NCBI GenBank assembly: GCA_951406725.2
Contig: OX597827.1
Location: forward strand, 49,786,001 to 49,850,000
From: Octopus vulgaris
Lineage: Eukaryota
Direction of reading: 5' to 3'
DNA: 64,000 bases
The notes below the pieces were generated by a model. The model was not told where the DNA came from. It saw nothing but the letters and a program-made list of their open reading frames with translations, and ran no database searches. Of this stretch, positions 40,440-52,399 are shown in pieces. Position numbers and translations under genes: made by a program. Within the stretch, counting starts at the first letter, position 1, and every line of letters starts with the position of its first letter.

Positions 40440-40784
40440 ATTAAATAATTAAATTTAGAAAAATTAGAAGAAAAGTTTTTTTAAAAGAATATTTCTATAG
40501 TAGTGTTCAGATTTAAGTGGCATTCTGCCTTTCTCTGACTCCCTTGTTTGCACTTGTGTGTTCGAGGTAGTTGTGAGTTCTTGGTAGGGTAGTAGAGGGA
40601 AGGCTGGTGAGGAAAGGGGGTGGGAGAATCTGGGAGTGCCCTGATGGTCGTATTTTGAATGGTCAGTGGCGGCTGGCAGTCTCAGTTCAATTCAGGAGAA
40701 TATTTATATTGACAGGCTTGTTTATAGAATTAGGTAGGTGTTATACTAAAAAACATTAGTGACAAACTTAAGGGGTAGGGGGTG

Positions 40785-41000
40785 GAGAAGAAGAAGAAGA
40801 AGAAGAAGAAGGAGAAGGAGAAGGAGAAGATGATGGTGATGGTGGTGATGATTATGACGATGATGATGATAACGATGATGATGAAGAAGAAGAAGGAGGA
40901 GAAGGAGAAGATGGTGGTGATGATGGTGGCGATGATGATGACGCCGATGATGATGATAACGATGATGATGAAGAAGAAGAGGAAGAAGAAGAAGAAGAAA
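40785..41000. repeat. (GAA)/(GAT)/(GGT) trinucleotide low-complexity tract
   Basis: Direct reading. Confidence 0.9.
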
Positions 41001-41129
41001 AAAACAGAGGAGGGAGAATATGAATGGGTGTAAATATAGCTATGAAGGGGCTGATTAGTAATGGATTCTATGGAGTGTAGTATTTGTGTGTGTATATATA
41101 TTTTTTTCTTTTATTCTAAAGTTGAGGTA

Positions 41130-41425
41130 TATTAATTGTTTGTCGTAGACCCGTTAAGAAGTGGCTTGTATTTTGTAATAAAGAGATTTTCTTTACTTAT
41201 TCTTTGTCTCGAGGTTGTATCGTCCCTAAATTGGTAGAGGGGGAAAATTCTGAAGTTTGGTGTTTTTTTGTTGGCGCAAGTATCTATGTGTTGGCTAAAA
41301 GCTATTTTTCTGTTTTGGGGAATTTTTATCTGGGATCTGTGCAGGGCCATTCGTTTACGCAAACCATTTTTTGTTTGGCCTATGTACTGCTCTTGACACC
41401 CGGAGCAGGTTAGTGAGTATATACT
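41130..41425 (-). mobile_element. Penelope GIY-YIG fragment (family of 34573-34930)
   Basis: IYSLTCSGCQEQYIGQTKNGLRKRMALHRSQI. Confidence 0.85.
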
Positions 41426-41496
41426 CACTCACTGGAACTATAACTTATGACGTGCGAACTACTTCTGGTTCGACAAATAGAAAGACAGCAAATATA

Positions 41497-41890
41497 TACG
41501 CTCGACCTTTATTCTCTCGAAAAACGACGACGCCGTGGTGATCCCATTCTCGCTCACAACATCATAAGCGGAAAGTGTAACCTCTCGAAAGAGCTGTTCT
41601 TCACTCCTGCTCCAGAGCGTGGGCTGCGGGGTCACTCCGAAAAGCTCTATCTACGACGATTTCATCTCAATCGAAGGAGAGGGGCTTTCTCCGTCCGGGT
41701 TGCGGGTCCGTGGAATAAACTGCCGGGCGAGATGGTGAAGATGTCGACGACCACTCGGTTCAAAGTCTCTCTTGACCAGAAATGGCCTGAACTCTTTGTA
41801 TGACCACCCTCCCTGTACATAACTCCCTGTCCCCCTACATGGCCTTGCTTTTGCTTTTTGAGCCAATGAAAATTGAATTGAAAAAAAAAA
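41497..41890 (+). mobile_element. CR1-clade LINE 3' end
   Basis: LDLYSLEKRRRRGD..RGHSEKL..FSVRVAGPWNKLP..FKVSLD, followed by an A-rich tail. Confidence 0.88.
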
Positions 41891-42079
41891 TACATCAAAA
41901 TGGAAATACCAATCAGAATAAAAATACCTGCTGCGGCTACATCGTGATAGTAGCATTAATAGAGATATAGCCTAGACGGTAACAGCGTCGAAAAATGAAG
42001 TCAGCACTGTCATAAATACAACTAAATCTAATAAAGGCTCACGCAGAGGAAAAAACCCAATGACGAATCTCTGTATGAG

Positions 42080-43000
42080 TATGAATGTTGTTTATAAAGA
42101 CCGTACGTTTACATTGGGGCAACTGCCGAGTCATTCAAGAATCGTTATCGCAACCATGTTGCCAGATTCAAGAACACCAACAAGAGGCATTCTCCATGTA
42201 TGGCATTAGATTCCTTGGAAGAAAGCACCGAATGTATGTATATATATATATATATATATATGTATTCCCACATACACACACATCTATATACATACGTATA
42301 ACTACAGTATACGTACTGGTATTTAAATGCACTCGCCCACTTCTAAAATGCATACTAACAAAGACACATGCATATCCACTTCAGACACCGCACTTATACT
42401 ATCTCACACAGGTACTTAATGATATCCTTATACATACACACATCCAACCACAAACGCATACTTACCAGAATTCATATACACGTATATAGCATACATATAG
42501 TCCTTTATATAAATGTATACAAGCATGCATAAAATGTGTATATATCAACATGTGTATGTACGCATACAACATGCTTACACGCACACACACACAAGTTAAG
42601 TTTAAAATTAAAAATTTAGGTTAAAAATATGTGAGTGTGTTTCTGTGTGTGTCGGTGTAAAGCAGCCATCAGGTCTAAAGACGGGAATCACAATCCCACG
42701 AATTTGTCGACCACGCCTTCACGCTTGACTGCCATAGCCTTTCAATCCAATGTAGTAAACACCCCACCATTTACATTAGATTCTTTGTATTTAAGAAATT
42801 TTTTATCAAACATTTCCTGACCGCAAGTATCCTCACGTCACCAATGTGTGTGAACTACTAGCAACACACCATAATACAAACAGCATCTAACTTGGAGCGA
42901 AATGGCTATCTTATAACTTTTGAAGCATCTTACGTCACCTGATGATGCTTTGGGCACTGTGTAGAAGGCAGCCGAAACGATTGTTGTGCTAAATAAAGCA
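42080..43000 (+). mobile_element. Penelope-like 3' remnant (GIY-YIG piece and tail) interrupted by simple repeats
   Basis: VVYK...YIGATAESFKNRYRNH at about 42090-42160; hammerhead and AATAAA at the end. Confidence 0.6.
42936..42988 (+). ncRNA. Type I hammerhead motif
   Basis: CAC-CTGATGA-TGCTTT/.../AAGGCA-GCC-GAAAC-GATT-GTT-GTG. Confidence 0.6.
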
Positions 43001-43051
43001 GCTAGTTACACTCCGTCTTCTGCACTAAATATTTTAATCATTATATATATA

Positions 43052-43123
<72 letters not shown>

Positions 43124-43813
43124 ACGGAACAAGACCGTAACGGATGACAATGAAAACATACGGACAGATGGACGATATAGAGACGGACAGGAAAACCAGG
43201 ACGGAACATTCGTGGCTTTCTATTCATCAGTCAAGCTTCCAATCATCATTGCAGTTTCGGCCTGTTACAGTTGAGACTGTTCAAAATTGCTAGGCCCCAA
43301 ATATCTAAGCTAAGGACATTAAATCTTTGGAAGAAAGCGAGCGAATATGTGCGACAACACGTGCAAACAGAGAAAATGTCACACGATTACAAATACAAGC
43401 AACAAGAATTACAACAGGTGTTAAGTGGAAGCCTTGCAGGAGACAGGAAAATTAAGGTGTTGTGCGAGCAGCGGTCAGAAAGACAGATCATACTTGGCTG
43501 AGCACCGATCACGTGGGAGGAACAGAGAGAGGTAGGGAGCAAAGGGATTGCAGAATTAAGGAAGGAACAAGACAGAGAGAGAGAGAGAGAGAGAGAGGCG
43601 GAGCAAAAGGAAAGGTACAAGTAACATAACAGAGATTAAAGAAAGAGAATGCCAAGAAAGTGGGAGATGGGGAGTGAGAAAAGAAAAGAGGAAAGAAAGA
43701 AGAAAATCGTACAGAATTTAGATATATGCTTACAAGCTGAGCCTATATATATATGTGTGGTTGGTAAGCAAACTACCCTTCACACAGACACTCCTGCGTC
43801 TATGATACATATA

Positions 43814-43861
<48 letters not shown>

Positions 43862-44153
43862 GCGCCACCACCCCCTGCCGGAGCCTCTTGGGGCTTTAGG
43901 TGTCTTCGCTCAATAAACACACACAACGCCTGGTCTGGGAATCGAAACCGCGATCCTCCGACCACGAGTCCGCTGCCCTAACCATTGGGTCATTGCGCCT
44001 CCACTAGATCAGCTGATAGAACATCTTGGTTATTCATCATTGATATCGAATGTCAGCGATGCTGGTTGTTTTTCTGTTAGAAACCAGCTCCCTCTTTCTA
44101 AGAAAAATTCTAATAGAAGGTAAAAATAGTAAAAGTATACATACATACATACA

Positions 44154-44187
<34 letters not shown>

Positions 44188-44361
44188 CATACATATATAC
44201 ATACATACATGATGTTGGCTGGTTCTCGCAGACTCCAGATACAGAGATATTGAAGGGATCCAGCGTACTGAGCATGGGACTGATAGTGCTCAAGTGTTTA
44301 AGTGGAATGGACAACCTTATTCGGATGAATGATCGGAAGATCCCTAAACAGTTGCTATACT

Positions 44362-44783
44362 CTTTACTCTTTTACTATTTTACTTGTTTCAGTGATTTGA
44401 CTGCGGCCATGCTGGAGCACCGCCTTTAATCGAGCAACTCGACCCCGGGACTTATTCTTTTGTAAGCCCAGTACTTATTCTATCGGTCTCTTTTGCCGAA
44501 CCGCTAAGTAACGGGGACATAAACACACTAGCATCGGTTGTCAAGCAATGCTAGGGGGACAAACACAAATACACAAGCACACACACGCATATATATATAT
44601 ATATATATATATACATACATATATACGACGGGCTTCTTTCAGTTTCTGTCTACCAAATGCACTCACAAGGCTTTGGTCGGCCCGAGTCTGTAGAAGACAC
44701 TTGCCCAAGGTGCCACGCAGTGGGACTGAACCCGGAACCATGTGGTTGGTAAGCAAGCTACTTACCACACAGCCACTCCTGCG
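44362..44783 (-). mobile_element. Abundant tRNA-derived SINE of about 400 bp with internal (TA)/(TG) tract and (GTAAAAGA)n tail. Other copies: 39718-39840(-), 51118-51546(+), 54112-54487(-), 57477-57888(+), 62066-62460(+, broken), 62819-63223(+), 63420-63742(-)
   Basis: Repeated GGCGCAGGAGTGGCTGTGTGGTAAG...GGTTCAGTCCC...GCGGTGCTCCAGCATGGCCGCAGTC...TGAAACAAGTAAAAGAG. Confidence 0.92.
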
Positions 44784-44887
44784 CTTACTGTGAACATATT
44801 TATAGAAAGCGCCTCGAACAGAAACCAAGACTACAAGTTAAGGATTGTGTAAAGTCCTCGTTGAAAGCATGTGAGAGATATGGAAGA

Positions 44888-44916
44888 TCAGGTCGGAAAG
44901 CTATGTTTGTCATCGC
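44888..44916 (-). CDS. Candidate last coding exon of an unidentified host gene: (G)DDKHSFPT-stop
   Basis: Strong acceptor ttgtttgctctattgcag; phase-1 join to the upstream exon; TGA at 44888-44890. Confidence 0.55.
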
Positions 44917-45019
44917 CTGCAATAGAGCAAACAAGTAATGGAAGGACTGGGTGTTTTCGAAAGAAAATCTCAAAGCAACAGTAGCACAGAAACGCACGTA
45001 TTTTTAATCGAAAACGCAC

Positions 45020-45221
45020 CGAATGGGAGATGTTTGGCCTGCAGTATCTGCAGACGTGTATGTGTATCAGGCCGAAGCGAGATGTCTGGTAAACCAGTGT
45101 TAACCGTAGGTTTTACATCAGTGTCCCTTTCCTTGAAGGATACTGGGACAACAGCTGGAGATCCCTTACAGATTTTTGTCGGTGTTGAAGATGAAGATGA
45201 GTGTTCCATTTGTTCGATTAC
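45020..45221 (-). CDS. Candidate penultimate exon (202 nt): VIEQMEHSSSSSTPTKICKGSPAVVPVSFKERDTDVKPTVNTGLPDISLRPDTHTRLQILQAKHLPF
   Basis: Acceptor gtttag, open frame, donor G/GTGCGT, 103-nt intron; non-repetitive sequence. Confidence 0.55.
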
Positions 45222-45327
45222 CTAAACTGCATGTTTATTAACTTATAGTGTGACTGAGTATTCAACTGACGTGTACTTTATTTACATTATTTACATTTGA
45301 CGGATATTTGTCCTCATCTTTGTTGTT

Positions 45328-45373
45328 AATACAACATTTCGGCTGATATACCCTCCAGCCTTCATCAGGTGTC
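45328..45373 (-). ncRNA. Minimal type I hammerhead motif, slightly decayed
   Basis: GACAC-CTGATGA-A-GGCTG/GAGGGTATAT/CAGCC-GAAAT-GTT-GTATT. Confidence 0.65.
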
Positions 45374-45507
45374 TTGGGGGGAAATTTCAAACTTGGGTTC
45401 TCATTCCTAAGGTATATTTCGATGTTGTTGTTGATGTTGTTGTTAAATCCTTTAAAATGTTTTAGCCCGAAGGCCGCGGCCATGCTGGGGCACCGCCGCT
45501 GGAATAT

Positions 45508-45558
45508 AAAAAATATGGAAGGCTTCACGAATTTGCGTATCATCCTTGCGCAGGGACC

Positions 45559-45598
<40 letters not shown>

Positions 45599-45604
45599 AT
45601 TGCC
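45508..45604 (-). pseudogene. U6: U6 snRNA retrocopy lacking about the first 11 nt
   Basis: GGCAATACATATACTAAAATTGGAACGATACAGAGAAGATTAGCATGGTCCCTGCGCAAGGATGATACGCAAATTCGTGAAGCCTTCCATATTTTTT; ACAGAGA box and AGC triad intact. Confidence 0.97.
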
Positions 45605-45664
45605 TCAGGTCCCTGCCTAGAATCGAACTCGGGTTAGTAGTCCGCGCTCTTAACCACTACTCTA
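45605..45664 (-). promoter_or_regulatory. tRNA-like SINE head with Pol III A and B boxes, fused directly to the U6 copy
   Basis: TAGAGTAGTGGTTAAGAGCGCGGACTACTAACCCGAGTTCGATTCTAGGCAGGGACCTGA; B box GTTCGATTC. Confidence 0.75.
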
Positions 45665-46099
45665 TATCCGTCAAATGTAAATAATGTACATAATTCCTCA
45701 TCTCTTAAATATAGAACTGTACTTTTAACGCATTCTTCAGGTGGAATAAGTATAAGTATGACAAGATTGTATCTTTGTATTACAAGCACAATCCATCTGA
45801 CAGATTTCAATTTTGTCTCTGTCTACTCAATTTCCCTCACAAGGTTTGGGCAAACCCGAGTCTGTGGTGACACGTGCGCACGTTGCTCTGCAATGCGATC
45901 GAATCCAGGACGTGTATAATTGCAAACGCGTACATAAATACATACGCACATACATACTAGCATGCATATACGCACACATATACACACACACATAAACGCA
46001 TAGTAGTACATGCATATATAAATTCATAAATACACACATATGCATACATACGTGCATGCATACATACATACATACATACATGCATGTATACATACATAT

Positions 46100-46500
46100 A
46101 TTACTTACTACTTGTACTTGTGGCGACATTCACCCTGGACGGGTTGAGTCGGCTTCTTCTACTACCCTCGAGGCATCTCGAACCATGGCAGCCCACGCAC
46201 GACGGTCCTGCGCCAGTTCACAGGAGATAGCGAGCCAGTCGCGGTTCCATCGGCGCAGGCCGACCACCTGCGGTGCCGTGAGCACGGAGAGGTCCTCCTT
46301 GATCGTCGTAACCCAGGTCTTCAGCTGCCCGCCCGCGCGTTTCCACCAGTTGGAAAGTGGAGTTGGGAGAAGGACATCACGGCTCAGTTCACCCACCGGA
46401 CGCCTACATGCATGGCCAAACCACCGCAAGCGCCGTTGCAAAAGGACAGATGAAAGGGGCCGCAGAGACAGGCGAAGTCGGAGATTGGCAGTGAGAACAT
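46100..46500 (-). mobile_element. RTE-clade LINE 3' end with (ACAAGT)-type tail
   Basis: RRLRWFGHACRR..WKRAGGQLKTW..DL..LAQDRRAWAAMV. Confidence 0.85.
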
Positions 46501-46811
46501 ACATTGGCCGATATATATTAATAAAATGATCAATATAAGTAAAAGATTAAACATTTGTTTCGAATTAATGAGAAATCTGCATATATTGCCCTGAGAATAC
46601 AGCTTTAGATTTATAGCAGCAATTAATGGATACCTGGGTTTGTAACTGTGTCATCACCAATATTGAGAAAACTAGGAAAGATGCAATTAAATAAGAGATT
46701 ACAATTACAAACCATTATTGGAATCCCGAAAATAGGGAAAATTTCCGACAAGTTTAGAATATAAGTGCATATACACATATGTAACCGCATAAACATGTGA
46801 AAATAAATATA

Positions 46812-47668
46812 CCTATTTCTTTACTACCCACAAGGGGCTAAACACAGAAAAGACAAACAAGGACAGACAAATGGATTAAGTAGATTACATCGACTCCAGT
46901 GCACTACTGGTACTAATTTAATCGACCCCGAAAGGATGAAAGGCAATGTCGACCTTGGCGGAATTTGAACTCAGAACGTAGCAGCAGACAAAATACCTAT
47001 TTCTTTATTACCCACAAGGGGCTAAACACAGAGCGGACAAACAAGGACAGACATAGGTATTAAGTCGATTACATCGACCCCAGTGCGTAACTGGTACTTA
47101 ATTTATCGACCCCGAAAGGATGAAAGGCAAAGTCGACCTCGGCGTAATTTGAACTCACAACGTAACGCAGACGAAATACCTATTTCTTTATTACCCACAA
47201 GGGGCTAAACACAGAGGGGACAAACAAGGACAGACATAGGTATTAAGTCGGTTACATCGACCCCAGTGCGTAACTGGTATTTAATTTATCGACCCCAAAA
47301 GGATGAAAGGTAAAGTCGACCTCGGCGGGATTTGAACTCAGAACGTAGCGGCAGGTGAATACCGCTAAGCATTTCGCCCGGCACGCTAACGTTTCTGCCA
47401 GCTCGCTACGTTGCATAAACATATGAAATAAATATACCTATTTCTTTACTACCCACAAGGAGCTAAATACAGAGAGGACAAACAAGAACAGACAAACGGA
47501 TTAAGTCGATAATATCGACCCCAGTGCGTAACTGGTACTTAATTTATCGACCCCGAAAGGATGAAAGGCAAAGTCGACCTCGGCGGAATTTGAACTCAGA
47601 ACGTAGCGGCAGACGAAATACCGCTAAGCATTTCGCCCGGCGCGCTAACGTTTCTGCCAGCTCGCCAC
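46812..47668 (-). mobile_element. Array of four Nin/Deu-type SINE units (three in tandem plus one adjacent)
   Basis: Unit of about 185 bp, cctatttcttta...gaactca.aacgta, repeated; full heads only at about 47405 and 47668. Confidence 0.9.
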
Positions 47669-48051
47669 CTTGCATAAAGATATGAAATAAATATACCGCT
47701 ACACAGTCACACAGACGTGCACGCACGTGCATGTGCATGCAGTTGTTTATGAGTGTGTGTTTTTATAAGATAGTACCACGTTCTATTGCGTCAGCAGTGC
47801 TTCTTACATTATTTTGTTAAGGTTATGTCTACAGATATCCTATAGAACTTATAGGCAGCACGGTATGAAAAGTTGTAGCAAAGATCAGTGCTGGGTGTAA
47901 GTTCTCTTGAATATCTGCAGAATTAACATTTACAAAATGAAGCATAAATATATGTATGCATGTGTAGGTGTGCGTGCGCGCGCGTGTATTCAACAACGAC
48001 AATGATTGTACAGGTATCAAACGTTATATCGGACTGTGAAAGGAAAATCTT

Positions 48052-48492
48052 CTCTTTTCGGTTTGACCGGCAGTTTTTTTCTAGCGGTATCATATGAAAT
48101 TGTCACCCATAATTATGACCCTAGTATCGATTTATTGCATTTCAATCTGTTTTAGGGTTAGGGTTAGGGTTAGAGTTAGGGTTAGCGTGGGTGAAGGGTA
48201 TCTTTTTTTCTTCAGAAATGTAAATAAACCCAATCTGTTTCTTAAACGAGGGACATAATCATGCGGCACAGAATGTTTTCACCTCGATAGACGTCATTGA
48301 TTGGTTGAAATTGCAGAAATTGAAGAAAAAACAACAACTTACAAACTATAGAATTACAAACTATAGAATTTTCTCAATAAAGCCAAGAGAAAAAGATATT
48401 TTATAAACACATTCTACCAGTATACGAAGTTTAAAAGTGTTTAGTTACATGGAAATTATTTTTAAAAACTGCCGGTCAAACCGAAAAGATCC
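48052..48492. mobile_element. Second copy of the TTAGGG-containing MITE
   Basis: Same TIR (with GACCGG variant at both ends) and interior as 12664-13090; about five TTAGGG-like units at 48151-48185. Confidence 0.92.
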
Positions 48493-48947
48493 AAAATATG
48501 TTCAGTATGTTCTCTTAAATTAAAAAAAAAACAAAACTAGAGAAACTCCAACGGATGCATAAATTCGAGGAACGAGATTTTTCTGTATATCTGTATTTCA
48601 AGAAATACATTTTGTCGGAATTTAAAACTAGGCCACCGGACACTTACAAAACCATTCACACCTTGTTTACGCCTGCTTGACATTGTATTATTGTAACGTT
48701 GGTTATCTCCCAGGTGTTTTTTTTTCTTCTATTATCTACCGGCGTATCTTGTTTAAATGTTAACAGCTCAAAAGAACAATGACAAACGGCCGACTTGATA
48801 AACGGCGAAATAAATTATCATTTCGACCAGGAAACGCTGGGTAGCTGTATTTACAAGATTTGCGTTTTTTTATTAAAAGAGTATACATACATACATACAT
48901 ACATACACACATACATATACATACATACATACATACATACACACACA

Positions 48948-49010
<63 letters not shown>

Positions 49011-49044
49011 GTAATATAATATGTGACAATTATTCGGTTGCCAT

Positions 49045-49106
49045 AATATGACTCCGAGTTTCGAATGTCGGGGTGAAAACCTGCCTCCGGCATCTCGTCA
49101 GTTATC
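49045..49106 (-). ncRNA. Type I hammerhead motif; partial inverted copy at about 50192-50250
   Basis: GATAA-CTGACGA-GATGCCGG...CCGACATTC-GAAAC-TCGGA-GTC-ATATT (TTATT in the sister copy). Confidence 0.65.
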
Positions 49107-49607
49107 GAGGCAATTAAAAAATGCTATGAAAATGACCGTTAAACAAAGGGAACTTACTATGTAATTGACCGTTATTGAGACAAAAGTGCTATTAGAATAA
49201 GGGGGAAAACCGAAGGGGAAAAAGTAAACAAGTAAGGAAGTAAAAATGCTCATAGAAATCGCGTAAGCGCGCATGTACATACATACATACATACATACAC
49301 ACACCTGCACGCACGCACATCCACGTACATGTGCCTATATGCATATGCTCACTCACAGTCGCGTGAAACACTCGCATGTATACCCACATATATATGCAAC
49401 CACACACATGTACATATACACGTACATATATATATACCCCACACACACATGTGTATATACCCATACGCGCACAAAAAAGTTCATATACATATCTATATAC
49501 GCACATGCTGAAGATAAATGCAGGGTGAAAGGTAAAATACAGAAGAAAATGTGTAAAAATATATAAAGCGATAAAAATAAAAAAATATATATATATGTAT
49601 ATATATA

Positions 49608-50120
49608 TCTATATATATAAAACTGTAGTTGTGTGAGTGTCTGTCTCCTACGATTTAGATTCCTAACTACTCCCACATTTTGCGGTGCAGTTTAACCAAA
49701 TTCGGGTATCTTATAGTCGTGATTCATATCGAGCCCGTCTGAGTATTAGCGCGCGTCTACGATGAGTCTACGATTTTTAAAATAATTTAACATCATTTTT
49801 TATTCCATTTTAATGCATAATTTTTCGTGTGTCGATGGCGGCGGAGTTGGCGTCCATGGTCACACCTGCACCTGTTTGCTTCTCCTCCTTCTTCCCTCCC
49901 TCGTGAAGCTGTGGGGAAGGGAGTGTAAGGAAATCAACGTCGTAAAGCGTTGTCAAGGAGACCAGCGTTCTTTTAGAACAACGACTTCATGGCTTGAAGA
50001 CACCAAAACAGAAATGGCTAAGAAAGCCCGAATTGGCATCTATAAGGGAAGTAACTCTCTAAAAATGCTTATATAGTTATTTCCCTTACAAACCCGAGCA
50101 ACGCCGGGCGATACTGCTAG
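49608..50120 (+). mobile_element. Non-autonomous Helitron
   Basis: A|TC start, subterminal hairpin CCCGAGCAACGCCGGG, CTAG|T end, no TSD. Confidence 0.88.
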
Positions 50121-50342
50121 TATATATATATATTATGTAAAAATGTATATATATAATATAGAGAGATGTACGTGGACACAATATAAAAGATCCGAAACTC
50201 GGAGTCTTATTATGGCAACTGAATAATTGTCACATATTATATTACAGATAAATTCCTCTATTTACATAATATCGAGGTCTCATTCATTGTTTTGTTGTCT
50301 TACCATTACTATTAATATATATATATAAACATTGCAACACAC

Positions 50343-50412
<70 letters not shown>

Positions 50413-51064
50413 CATGTGTGCACGCGCGTGTTTGTGTGAGAAAAACATATTTACTAACAGAAAAGCATGGTATTCACACTGTCGTCCTAATGAAACTACA
50501 CACGCACTGACAAACACGCACAAAGTCAGTGTGAACGATATACTATTATAGAATGAGAAAGTTTGCCATGAGAAAATGAAAGAGATAGATGAATGAGCGA
50601 GATCTTTTCTGGTCGTTGTCACAAGATTTTGAAATTTTAAAATTAAGTGAAAATTTTCAAATTTGGTATATTGATGTAATTTTTCACGATGAATTCGAGT
50701 TTGTGATTCATTTATTCCAGGAAAAATTTTAGAAAAAATGTTACAGAGGTTTAACGGTTGATCATTCTTACCCAATCAGAAAACAAGATTTTTGTATGTG
50801 ATAGCTGTGATAAAATGAAAGTAAAAGTTCGAAGGTGAGGCGTTAAACAAAATGAAAGCAATATGTGAGATTTAATACATATACAAAGAGAGTATGGTAA
50901 ATATATAGAGATAGTTTGATGGAGGATAAATATATATATATTATGTACACGCAACACGCACATACACACAACTCAAGTTATTTTGTTACACGTAAGGAAT
51001 ACCCCCAGATACATACATACGTGCATGCATGGGGTGTATGTATGTATGAACGTATGTGCGTACG

Positions 51065-51121
<57 letters not shown>

Positions 51122-51828
51122 GTAGGAGTGGCTGTGTGGTAAGTAGCTTGTTTACTAATCACATGGTTCCGGGTTCAGTCCCACAGCGTGGCACCTTGGG
51201 CAAGTATCCTCTACAATAGTCTAGGGTCGACCAAAGCCTTGTGAGTGGATTTGGTAGATGGAAACTGAAAGAAGCCCGTCGTATATATGTATATATATAT
51301 ATATATGTGTGTGTGTGTATATATGTTTGTGTGTCTGTGCTTGTCCCCCCAACATCGCTTGACAACCGATGCTGGTGTGTTTACGTCACCGTAACTTAGC
51401 GGCTCGGCAAAATCGACCGATAGAATAAGTACTAGGCTTACAAAGAATAAGTCCTGGGGTTGATTTGCTCGACTAAAGGCGGTGCTTCAGCATGGCCACA
51501 GTTAAAATGACTGAAACAAGTAAAAGAGTAAAAAGAGTAAAAGAGTATAGCTATATTACTGTGTATGTATGCGTGTGTATGTGATTGTGAATATTCTCCA
51601 TACATTGGTACAGTTATTTACGCATATGTATATCATAGCAGCTGAAACTTCCCTTATTTCAACTTTCACTTTTTAAAAAAAAAAGTTATATTTTGTTTCA
51701 GTTTACAACAGTTCCTCCCGTCTGTATGCACTCAACCGTCATTCTTTCTCCCTGTATCTTATTCTCTCTCACACATATACACACTCAAGCATATGCATTA
51801 CTTGCATACACAACATATGTATACACAT

Positions 51829-51887
<59 letters not shown>

Positions 51888-51984
51888 ATCCAAACAAGAA
51901 AACAAAAACAAAAACAAAAACAACGCAAGGACGTGGAACAAATAAAGTATTATTGGACGCTCAGGAAAGATGGGAAGAAGGAGG

Positions 51985-52019
51985 GTTTGACGTTTCGAGC
52001 AGAGCTCTTCGTCAGAAAC
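51985..52019 (-). ncRNA. Canonical minimal type I hammerhead ribozyme (GUC site)
   Basis: GTTT-CTGACGA-A-GAGC/TCT/GCTC-GAAAC-GTC-AAAC; palindromic ACGT stem III. Confidence 0.85.
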
Positions 52020-52087
52020 ATAGGAGAAGGAAAGATCCCGAGGAGGGAAGACAGGGGAAAAAAATCGCTAGTGATACAGACGAGGTC

Positions 52088-52280
52088 GGAGAGTCATTCT
52101 CTTTTAGTGCCTTATTATATAACACACTCACCGGTAAAATTTCCACTTATTTCTTAATTTTATTTTCTAAAATTTTCGTGGCGAAAATTTTAGAAAATAA
52201 AAATAAGAGATAAGAGATAAGTGGAAATTTTACTGGTGAGTGTGTTAAATAATAAGGCACTAAAAGAGAATGACTCTCCC
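52088..52280. repeat. Imperfect foldback of about 190 bp; same family at about 16240-16360 and 39460-39700
   Basis: ggagagtcattc...aaattttcg / tgg / cgaaaattt...gaatgactctcc. Confidence 0.85.
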
Positions 52281-52399
52281 CAGACACAACAGAATATGCT
52301 TCAACACACGAACTCATATAAAGAATCTTGCAAAAACGAAATATATATATACATACTTACATATAAGAGAACAAGATATACGTACGCCGCAATAATATA

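Noticed and set aside
40782-41033. Lys/Met-rich 83-aa ORF
   Set aside because: Trinucleotide low-complexity tract
43940-44004. tRNA gene
   Set aside because: tRNA-like head continues into a SINE body shared with 18702-18981; no proper acceptor stem
45508-45604. Functional U6 gene
   Set aside because: 5' stem-loop missing, several substitutions, and upstream sequence is a SINE head rather than PSE/TATA
46812-47668. Regularly spaced repeats resembling a CRISPR array
   Set aside because: Units are whole SINE bodies of about 185 bp with no unique spacers; eukaryotic context and no cas genes
48760-48850. Third U3-A8 hammerhead (TTGATAA...GAAAC GCTGG GTA)
   Set aside because: Stem I does not pair adjacent to the core, so it cannot be supported
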